From contig JAQTPP010000001.1 of the NCBI GenBank assembly GCA_028712705.1, positions 81,521 to 145,520 of the forward strand: DNA of 64,000 nucleotides, written 5' to 3'. This DNA comes from Candidatus Daviesbacteria bacterium (lineage in GTDB: Bacteria > Patescibacteriota > Microgenomatia > Daviesbacterales > UBA10151). The notes under the pieces were generated by a model that searched no databases, was not told where the DNA came from, and worked only from the letters and a program-made list of their open reading frames with translations. Shown here one piece after another: positions 56,166 to 64,000 of this stretch. Both the position numbers and the translations under genes were made by a program. Position 1 is the stretch's first letter. The number at the start of each line of letters is the position of its first letter.

Positions 56166-57605
56166 ATGCAAGATAATAATCCTCAAATAAAAAACTTCTT
56201 AGAAATCCCCTATGACCGGCTTGAAGAAATGAATCTGAAGGCTAAAGAAAAACAACAAGTTGCGGATCCGCAACTGCTGGAGAAAGAATATCGCCTTTAT
56301 TTACAGAAAGAAAAACGGATTAAAGCAATCACTTTATGTTTCACAGACATTGAGGGCAGATTTCATATGCTGGATTATGATAAAAAATATCTACTGGAAT
56401 CTGCTTCAAATTTAACTTTTGACGGTTCTTCGATAAGAGGTTTTACTGCCCAGCGCGAATCAGATTTAAGACTTCGGGTTGACTGGCCAAGTTTAATCTG
56501 GCTTCCTTCTGATGTTTTTGGCTGCGGCAAGATCGTGATGTTTGCGGATGTATTGGGAAGGGACGGAACTCTTTATATCTCGGATTTCAGGGGTCAATTA
56601 AAATTATATACTCAAGAACTGAAGAAAAAAGAGGGTATTAATGCATATACCGCAACGGAAACCGAAGGATTTTTGGTAGAAGGCGTAGGTGCGGAACAAA
56701 GTTTTGATGAAGATATCGGCTTTAAATTAATTTCAACAGGCGGTTATTATCACTCTCTGCCACTGGATAAATTGCGAAGATTTATAGATGCATCGGCAGA
56801 GGCGCAAAGGGCAATGGGTTTTAAAAATGAGAAAGATCACCCGGAAGTAGCCCCTTCGCAATTCGAATTGAATTTTGGTTATACCGAGGTTGTTCGGGCT
56901 TGTGATCAAATTCAGCTTTATAAATTAGTATGTAGGCAAGTTGCCAATAATATGGGGTTAACAGCCACTTTTCTACCAAAACCAATTGCTAACATAAATG
57001 GTTCTGGTATGCACACTAATTTTTCTCTAGCTAAGAATGGGAAAAATATCTTTTATCAAAAAGACGGACAAGACGAATTATCGGAAATTGCCTGGGATTT
57101 TATCTTAAAGATTTTAAATCACGCTCCTGAAATTTCCTTAGTGTTTGGTTCGTCAGTTAATGCATACAGAAGACTAGATCCACACTTTGAAGCTCCAAAC
57201 CAAATTAAAGTTTCACCAATTGATAGAGGGGCAATGATCAGGATTCCGGCCGGTAATGAGAAAACAGCCAGGATTGAAGTTAGGGCTGTGGCACCGGATG
57301 CAAACCCTTATCTTGTCCTTTATACGATTTTAAAAACGGGATTGGAAGGTAAAAAACTTGCTCAACCAAAACGTAGACGAAACAGGTTAAGATTCTTGCC
57401 TGGAACAATTAATGACGCGATCAGGCTTTTTAGGACAAGTGATTTTATAGGGAAAATTTTAGGCGAGGAAAATAAACAAAAATATTTGTTTTTTAAAGAA
57501 GTAGTGGCAGATAGAAGTCCTAAAGAACTTGGAAAAAAAGTTAAAACATCGGAAATTATTTACCACCATGAAGTAACCAATCAGGTATTGTGGAATAATT
57601 TTTAA
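56166..57605 (+). CDS. glnA: Glutamine synthetase (type I-like)
   Basis: FDGSSI, HPEVAPSQFE, NGSGMH, AYRRL..HFEAP, RIEVR and ANPYL motifs. Confidence 0.92.
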   Translation: MQDNNPQIKNFLEIPYDRLEEMNLKAKEKQQVADPQLLEKEYRLYLQKEKRIKAITLCFTDIEGRFHMLDYDKKYLLESASNLTFDGSSIRGFTAQRESDLRLRVDWPSLIWLPSDVFGCGKIVMFADVLGRDGTLYISDFRGQLKLYTQELKKKEGINAYTATETEGFLVEGVGAEQSFDEDIGFKLISTGGYYHSLPLDKLRRFIDASAEAQRAMGFKNEKDHPEVAPSQFELNFGYTEVVRACDQIQLYKLVCRQVANNMGLTATFLPKPIANINGSGMHTNFSLAKNGKNIFYQKDGQDELSEIAWDFILKILNHAPEISLVFGSSVNAYRRLDPHFEAPNQIKVSPIDRGAMIRIPAGNEKTARIEVRAVAPDANPYLVLYTILKTGLEGKKLAQPKRRRNRLRFLPGTINDAIRLFRTSDFIGKILGEENKQKYLFFKEVVADRSPKELGKKVKTSEIIYHHEVTNQVLWNNF

Positions 57606-59095
57606 TCTACATATCCCCACATTAGATCAGTCAAATTAGTATTTGGTGTTTGGCAACTTTTTTGGATAGTTTCTTTTGGTGGAATTTTAGTTGGAGGAAT
57701 TATTCCAATATGTCCAAATTTATATTTTACTTCTTTAGATAATTCTTCCGGGATGACAATGTTGTAAACAGGGACATCTATTGAAGGGTGTACAAGATGT
57801 AATCTATTTAAATAGAAGAAGTACCGGAATCCGACATTCTCTCCGGGCCTTGTTATATAGGTAATTCCGACACAAGGATAGCCTTGTATTTTAACATCCT
57901 GCTCTATAAAATTTGTTACTGCTTTGCGGTCTAAATATCCTATTTGATAAGGGTTTGAATTTACAAAAAATAAAATATTTTTAACTAAAATAAGTCCAAA
58001 AATAAAAACGGCTAAGCTTAGTCCCAGCTTTCCAGATTTTATTAAAAGAGCAAAAATCAAACTAACGATAGTTAATAATATAACTTCAAGATTTGCGAAA
58101 TAATATTCGGAAATTTGGGTATGGGAAAAAGAAAAGAACAATATAATACTTGCTAACCATATGAAAATTATTGAAACCTCCCTGATTTTTATTTGGCGAT
58201 ATTTAATAAGCAAAAAAACCGAAGAAAGTATTATAAATAAAAATGGCAGTCTTAAAGTCGAAGGTATCGATTGAGGAGATAAAAACAGGTTTTCGGTATT
58301 TTTAGAGATCATTTCCAGAACCAACATTAATTTGCGCAAGCCAATTTCCCCTTCTTTTGTAGAGAATAAATTTATGAATAAACCCTGAGTTTGTATGAAG
58401 CGGTGTTTTATTTCAAATAATATAAGCGGTAAGGAGGTAATTAAGAGGGCTGTAAAAAATAGTATTGTTTGTTTTAAATTAGGTAGTTTACGGGCAAAAA
58501 ATAAGGCAGCAGGAATTGCTAAAAGTGCAGGAAGCAGAGCTATGTGTATATGCCAAATTAATCCGATTAAAATTCCTAAAATAGGTAAAACTGAAAAGTT
58601 TCTCCGGCTTATCATTATTAGCGTATAGAAATACCAGATAGCCCAAAGTTTGGTTGGAAGTGTGGGAACTATCCATCGATCAAACCCTACGGTTGAAAGA
58701 AGTACTGCATGTAAAAAAGCTGCCAATATCCCGACTGTTTTATTAAATAATTTGGTTAAGACAAAATAATAACTCAGTATTGTTAAGACTCCTACTAAAA
58801 CCCCAAGTCCAAAAACCCCAATAGGATCCATCTTTGATGCTAAGAAAAAGGGGATCAATAAGTAATAAAACAAGCCTCCAATAAAGATACCGGGGGCAGA
58901 AGTAAGCTGGCCAATTAAACGAAAATGGTGATTTACTACAATATCTTTAACAATCCAGGAATAAAGATCGCCGTCGTGAGCAAATTCAAACCGTTCGACT
59001 ATTTTATAAGTTCTAAAAAATAATCCAATAATCAGGATAAAAATTAAGACGAGCAAGTACGGTTTTTTCTTAAAATATGAAATTACAGAGGACAT
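57602..59095 (-). CDS. GT-C-fold (ArnT/PMT-like) membrane glycosyltransferase
   Basis: FAHDGD, LIGQLTS.PGIFIG..FYYL; paralogue of 60991-62484. Confidence 0.78.
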   Translation of the reverse strand: MSSVISYFKKKPYLLVLIFILIIGLFFRTYKIVERFEFAHDGDLYSWIVKDIVVNHHFRLIGQLTSAPGIFIGGLFYYLLIPFFLASKMDPIGVFGLGVLVGVLTILSYYFVLTKLFNKTVGILAAFLHAVLLSTVGFDRWIVPTLPTKLWAIWYFYTLIMISRRNFSVLPILGILIGLIWHIHIALLPALLAIPAALFFARKLPNLKQTILFFTALLITSLPLILFEIKHRFIQTQGLFINLFSTKEGEIGLRKLMLVLEMISKNTENLFLSPQSIPSTLRLPFLFIILSSVFLLIKYRQIKIREVSIIFIWLASIILFFSFSHTQISEYYFANLEVILLTIVSLIFALLIKSGKLGLSLAVFIFGLILVKNILFFVNSNPYQIGYLDRKAVTNFIEQDVKIQGYPCVGITYITRPGENVGFRYFFYLNRLHLVHPSIDVPVYNIVIPEELSKEVKYKFGHIGIIPPTKIPPKETIQKSCQTPNTNLTDLMWGYVD

Positions 59096-59157
59096 ACTTA
59101 ATGATAGTAGCAGTTGCGATTTGAATGTGCAATTAGATCCTGATAGACTTGAGATCC

Positions 59158-59910
59158 ATGAAAATTAAAGCTATTAAAACCCGTAAATTTCTGCCGCCAA
59201 AAGACGATTTATGGGAACTACTTTCCGCAGTAAAGTCTTTAAAAGAAAACTGCGTTGTAGCAGTGACGTCTAAAGTAGTGGCAGTCGGTGAAGGCAGATG
59301 TGTACCTTTAAATAAGGTAACTAAGGATGAGCTAGCAATACAAGAATCCGATAAATACATCCCCAGAGAATTATCTCCCGGAGGACACATCTTACATACA
59401 ATTAAAGATAATATGCTGATAGCGTCTGCAGGTATAGATGAAAGTAATGGCGCTGGTTTCTATATTCTCTGGCCAAAAAATCCAAAACTTTCTGCAAAAC
59501 TAATTTGGGAATTTTTAAAAAAGAAATTTAAACTCCAAAACCTTGGAGTGATTATAACCGATTCAAGATTAGTGCCGCTCCGGCGGGGGGTTGTTGGAAT
59601 AGCTATTGGATATTTCGGGTTTAAACCTCTAAAAGATTACCGTAAAACTAAAGATATTTTCGGAAGAGAATTCGAAATGGAAACTTCAAACTTTCCCGAT
59701 AGTTTGGCAACTGCGGCGGTACTGATAATGGGAGAGGGGTCTGAATTGCAACCGATTGCAATTCTAGAAGATATCCCCGGCTTAAAATTTTTACAAAAAG
59801 AATTTAAACCAAAGACTGAATATGATGATTTTAAAATTCCCGAAAAAGAAGATATGTTTTATCCGTTTTTATCTTCTGCCAAATGGGAAAAAGGCGGAAG
59901 CGGAAAATAA
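59158..59910 (+). CDS. CofE-like gamma-glutamyl ligase (F420-0/folate type)
   Basis: VTSKVV, SAGIDESN, VIITDS, DIFGR and MGEG motifs. Confidence 0.85.
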   Translation: MKIKAIKTRKFLPPKDDLWELLSAVKSLKENCVVAVTSKVVAVGEGRCVPLNKVTKDELAIQESDKYIPRELSPGGHILHTIKDNMLIASAGIDESNGAGFYILWPKNPKLSAKLIWEFLKKKFKLQNLGVIITDSRLVPLRRGVVGIAIGYFGFKPLKDYRKTKDIFGREFEMETSNFPDSLATAAVLIMGEGSELQPIAILEDIPGLKFLQKEFKPKTEYDDFKIPEKEDMFYPFLSSAKWEKGGSGK

Positions 59911-59993
59911 ATTTTAGGATACTCTGTTCACATTAAACATACGGTCGTAGCATTAATGTCAAGTTATATTAGGAGAAAGAGCGTGAAGGTATA

Positions 59994-60923
59994 TTACTTG
60001 GATGGCGTAAAGCTGGATTGGAAGAAGGCGATCGTTTTTTTGAGGCCTTCATCCAAGTTTACCTTTGCACTCCAACCCAATTCTTTTTTGATTTTTTCAG
60101 ACGATGCAACCAGCGAAGGTACATCACCTTTTCTTTTTCCTTTATCATCAATCGGAACTTCATATCCAACTAGTTCGAAAATTTTCTTGACTACATCAGC
60201 GACTTTTACTCCCGTTTCGGTTCCTACATTATAAATATGTAAGCCCTGTAAAGGCAGGGCAAGGACATGAGCTGCTGCTAAATCATCGATGTAAATAAAA
60301 TCTCTCACTTGTTCTCCTTTCCAAAAAAGAGGAACAGGTTGTTTTGATAAAATTGCTCTTACAAAATTTGGTATGGCATGGGTTTCCGGTTCATGCAATT
60401 CTCCCGGGCCATAAGGATTAAAATAACGCAAGATTGCGACATCAAAATTAAACAAATTATGGTAAAGTTTACAGAAAGCCTCCATGGTTATTTTGGTAAT
60501 CCCATAGGGATTTTCCTGTTCTCCTAATGGATCATCTTCCGTGATGGGTAACTTTTTTGGAACACCATACACACAAGCGCTTGAAGAAAAAATAATCTTT
60601 TTAACACCTGCATTTTTCATAGCCTCCAATAATTTGATTGTTCCGACAATATTGTTTTGGGCAAATCCCACAGGTTTTTTAACAGATTTACCTACTTCAA
60701 TGAAAGAGGCCATATGAATAACCGCATCATGTCCGGCCAAAATTTCTTCCAGTTGTTTTTGATCTTCTAAACCGACTTGGTGGAAACTTACTCTTTGATC
60801 TAAAGAGTCTTTGTGGCCTTTTGATAAATTATCTACCACGGTTACTTTATGCCCTTGATTGAGCAACAATTCATTGACATGAGATCCGATAAAACCCGCC
60901 CCTCCTGTAACAACGATTTTCAT
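59994..60923 (-). CDS. galE: UDP-glucose 4-epimerase
   Basis: TGGAGFIGSH, FSSSA, YGITK, RYFN and RDFIYIDD motifs. Confidence 0.9.
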   Translation of the reverse strand: MKIVVTGGAGFIGSHVNELLLNQGHKVTVVDNLSKGHKDSLDQRVSFHQVGLEDQKQLEEILAGHDAVIHMASFIEVGKSVKKPVGFAQNNIVGTIKLLEAMKNAGVKKIIFSSSACVYGVPKKLPITEDDPLGEQENPYGITKITMEAFCKLYHNLFNFDVAILRYFNPYGPGELHEPETHAIPNFVRAILSKQPVPLFWKGEQVRDFIYIDDLAAAHVLALPLQGLHIYNVGTETGVKVADVVKKIFELVGYEVPIDDKGKRKGDVPSLVASSEKIKKELGWSAKVNLDEGLKKTIAFFQSSFTPSK

Positions 60924-60990
60924 GTAAATATTTTAATATAACTAGTCTTGTTTATCTACTGTGGTTTTTGTACAATTTTTCAATCACCAG

Positions 60991-62484
60991 ATGTCAAAAA
61001 TACCAAAACCCTTTATTTTATTTCTAATTATTGTCTTGTGTATTTTCATGCGTACATGGAGATATGAAGACTTCTATGGATTTGGACATGATCAGGATTT
61101 GTTTGCCTGGATAGCTAAAGATATTGTTATAGATAAACATATAAGACTGATTGGTCAGGAAACAAGTATAAACGGTTTATTCATCGGCCCTATATTTTAC
61201 TACTTAATTTCGCTGGCGCTTTTATTTTTTAATATGGATCCCCGGGTTGCTAATGTGGTTACGGTTGCAGTGAGTTTATTTACCGCACTAAGTTTCTATT
61301 TTGTGATATCAAAATTTTTTGGCAAGACAGCGGGTCTTATAATTTCATTTCTATATTCAGTTTCTTTAGGGACGGCTTTATTTGATCGTTGGGTAGTCCC
61401 GACTCAACCGACTCTACTTTGGTCAATCTGGTACCTTTATGTTTTATTGTCTTTTTTAAAGGGTAATTTTAAGGTGCTTCCTGTTTTAGCAATCCTGGTT
61501 GGTTTTATTTGGCATATCCATATCGCTTTTGCGCCTTTGCTCCTGCTTTTACCATTAACGATATTTTTAAAACGGAAAGCAATTAGAAAAAGTAATTTTC
61601 ACTTACAGTTTAAGAATATATTGTTATCGTCAGTTATCTTTTTTCTATTAATATCGCCTTTTTTGATTTTTGAAGTACGCCATAATTTTCAGCAAATTAA
61701 AGCTCTAACTCACGTTGCATCTGAAGAAAGAGGAAATGTAAAAGGGACAGCAAGGGTATTAAAAATAGCAAAATCTGCCGCTGTAATTTTTACCGGCGCT
61801 TTCTGGTATGACGAGAAACAGCAAAATTTACCACAAGAGATTTTTGTTATACCCTTGTTAGCTCTGTTTTTCTTTATATTTTTAGCCAGAAAAAAAGTAT
61901 TTGATAAAGAGCAAGTATCAATAATGGCAGCATGGATGGGGATCGGATTAATAGGGCAATTTATTTCCAAAAGGCAAATCAGTGAATATTATCTGACTAA
62001 CTTATTGGTAATTGTCTATCTTACTTTTGCTCTTTTTATTGCGTATCTTTATAGTTTTAAAAAATTGCGGTTGCCAATAATTTTGCTTTTACTCTTCTAT
62101 GTTTCTTTTAATATATTTTCTTTATTGAAATTGTCTAAATCATATGATAACTACGGTGACCGTAAAAGGCTGATTGAATATATTAAACAAGATGTGCTTG
62201 CGCATAATTATCCTTGTATTGGCGTAAATTTTATTGCTGACCCCGGAGCGGGAGTGGGCTTTAGATACCTTTTTTGGCTAAATAAAATTCCTATTATTAA
62301 ACCGGTTGCAGGTATTCCAGTATACAATATCGCTATACCCTGGATTTATGCTTCGCCAAAAGAGCTAAGTTTTAAGCAAGGATATTTTGGAGTGATTATC
62401 CCTAAACCAATTGAAGTAAAAAATCTAGGTTTATGTAATGACGTAAAAAACCAGTTTTTACCTTTATCCGGATTTGTAAACTAA
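60991..62484 (+). CDS. GT-C-fold membrane glycosyltransferase
   Basis: FGHDQD, LIGQETS..GLFIGPIFYYL and WHIH; paralogue of 57602-59095. Confidence 0.78.
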   Translation: MSKIPKPFILFLIIVLCIFMRTWRYEDFYGFGHDQDLFAWIAKDIVIDKHIRLIGQETSINGLFIGPIFYYLISLALLFFNMDPRVANVVTVAVSLFTALSFYFVISKFFGKTAGLIISFLYSVSLGTALFDRWVVPTQPTLLWSIWYLYVLLSFLKGNFKVLPVLAILVGFIWHIHIAFAPLLLLLPLTIFLKRKAIRKSNFHLQFKNILLSSVIFFLLISPFLIFEVRHNFQQIKALTHVASEERGNVKGTARVLKIAKSAAVIFTGAFWYDEKQQNLPQEIFVIPLLALFFFIFLARKKVFDKEQVSIMAAWMGIGLIGQFISKRQISEYYLTNLLVIVYLTFALFIAYLYSFKKLRLPIILLLLFYVSFNIFSLLKLSKSYDNYGDRKRLIEYIKQDVLAHNYPCIGVNFIADPGAGVGFRYLFWLNKIPIIKPVAGIPVYNIAIPWIYASPKELSFKQGYFGVIIPKPIEVKNLGLCNDVKNQFLPLSGFVN

Positions 62485-62485
62485 T

Positions 62486-64000
62486 ATGAAAAAAATAAAA
62501 CCTCTCTGTTTAATAATTACCTTACTGCTCATTTCCGGTGTCCTATACAGATTAACTTTGACCTATGGCGGGAATTTTATTTTTAATATGGATAATGCCC
62601 GTGATATGGTTGATCTTCGGGAAATGATGGTTTTAGGTAAACTAAGACTGACAGGGCCCACTTCGGCAATTGAAGGGTTTTTTAATGGGCCTTTTTGGTA
62701 TTATCTTTTGGCAATCCCTTTTAGTCTATCCGGTGGCGATCCATATGCATCAATTCTGATGGAAATTGTCCTTTGGACGATAGGAGGATTTTTCCTTCTA
62801 AGGTTGATAAGCAGGTGGGGAAATTGGTTAGTTTGGCCGATAGGCGCTTTGTGGATTGCCTCGGATTACATAGTACTTACTAATCTTTATGCATTTAATC
62901 CGAATCCGGTAGTATTGCTTACTCCTTTATTTATTTATTTATTGGTTGAATATCTAGAAAGGAAAAAGACAATTTATGGAATTTACGTATGGATTCTAGC
63001 CGGGTTATTTTTTAATTTTGAGATGAATTTTGGGATTTTTATACCGCCTATAATTTTGGTAAGTACAGTATTTACAGGTAATACAAACTTGCTAAAACAA
63101 AAATGGTTTTGGGTAGGAGTTGCCGCGTTTGCCGCAACCTTACTGCCGCAGGTAATTTTTGATCTGAAACATCAATTTATAATGAGTAAAGCGCTACTCC
63201 GGCATCTCTCGGAAAATAGCGGCACCGGTTTTAATATTGTAAAACGTCTTCAGATTATTTCAGAGAGTTTTTACAATACATTCCAGGCAACTCTCATGAA
63301 TCACCAATTATTCACACGGCTCATCCTTGTATTTTTTATTCCAGTAATTTACTGGTTTCTAAAAGCGAAAAAGAAAGAAACGGTTGCTTGTGTAAGCTTT
63401 CTATTAATTTTTATTCCATTTTTAGGTTACTTAATTTTACCCGTTACAGTTAATCCTTGGCATCTTGGCGGTGAAATGGCTGCGTCATTAATACTGGTAG
63501 GCTATTTACTAAAAAAACTTATGGAAAGAAGTTTTGTAAGTAAAATCATTTCTGCTGCCCTTTTGATTTCAATTATTTGGTTTGCGCTATTGAATATTGC
63601 TAATTTTAACGGCTGGAGAGGGGTTAATTTGGACCCCTCGTTATATAAAAATGAAATTGCTGGCATAGATTATGTGTATAAAATAGCCAATGGAGGGAAT
63701 TTTAAAGTTTATACATATCTTCCTTCGGTTTACGATTATCCGTATCAATATCTCTTTTGGTGGTATGGTCAAAAAAAATACGGATATATTCCTGGAGAAT
63801 ATGTTTATTCTCCTGATAAACCGGTTTACATCCCCAGTCAAAATAAGTTTCAGGGCTCAAAGAAAAATTTTTCGGGACTGGTATTTTTAATCAAAGAACC
63901 TGACAGGATTAAAATGAGACAGGCTTGGGAAGGAGATTTTAAGGATATGGAATTTATCTCAAAAACAATGCTTGGTTCTATAGAAATAGAAATCAGGAGA
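62486..64000 (+). CDS. GT-C-fold membrane glycosyltransferase (runs off the window)
   Basis: Manual translation of the start: MKKIKPLCLII...FNMDNARD...LTGPTSAIEGFFNGPFWYYLL. Confidence 0.75.
   Translation, partial: MKKIKPLCLIITLLLISGVLYRLTLTYGGNFIFNMDNARDMVDLREMMVLGKLRLTGPTSAIEGFFNGPFWYYLLAIPFSLSGGDPYASILMEIVLWTIGGFFLLRLISRWGNWLVWPIGALWIASDYIVLTNLYAFNPNPVVLLTPLFIYLLVEYLERKKTIYGIYVWILAGLFFNFEMNFGIFIPPIILVSTVFTGNTNLLKQKWFWVGVAAFAATLLPQVIFDLKHQFIMSKALLRHLSENSGTGFNIVKRLQIISESFYNTFQATLMNHQLFTRLILVFFIPVIYWFLKAKKKETVACVSFLLIFIPFLGYLILPVTVNPWHLGGEMAASLILVGYLLKKLMERSFVSKIISAALLISIIWFALLNIANFNGWRGVNLDPSLYKNEIAGIDYVYKIANGGNFKVYTYLPSVYDYPYQYLFWWYGQKKYGYIPGEYVYSPDKPVYIPSQNKFQGSKKNFSGLVFLIKEPDRIKMRQAWEGDFKDMEFISKTMLGSIEIEIRR

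Noticed and set aside
966-63890. Many short antisense or alternate-frame ORFs in the track
   Set aside because: They lie within well-supported genes and show no motifs; treated as shadow ORFs.
1-64000. CRISPR array
   Set aside because: The repeats are dispersed hairpins or short heptamer runs; there is no regular repeat-spacer array and no cas gene.

Overview
AT-rich bacterial chromosome segment. The gene content and style (archaeal-type aspS, class II RNR, LPXTG-like and GT-C membrane proteins, many ORFans) suggest a Patescibacteria/CPR organism, probably Microgenomates; this is an inference. It holds housekeeping genes (cca, recJ, aspS, gltX, lysS, serS, secA, lon, greA, hppA, nrdR-nrdJ-cobO), tRNA-Gln and tRNA-Glu, an accessory gene run after tRNA-Gln (HicBA, racemase, CDF transporters, GIY-YIG), a riboflavin operon without ribB, a pentose-phosphate/VKOR-DsbA cluster, a large surface lipase and a GT-C glycosylation cluster. 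Three layers are not explained by the ORF track. (1) Several families of short palindromic (REP-like) elements and 7-nt tandem repeats sit in-frame inside essential genes and also between genes, and two REP-associated HUH tyrosine transposases carry matching 13-bp palindrome pairs over their promoters. (2) There are three leader/attenuator structures: a Phe-rich pheL before pheA, and a shared leader motif before a 74-aa ORFan and before greA. (3) Many genes have a -10 box 6-7 nt before the start codon, implying widespread leaderless mRNAs. No CRISPR array, rRNA or prophage was seen.
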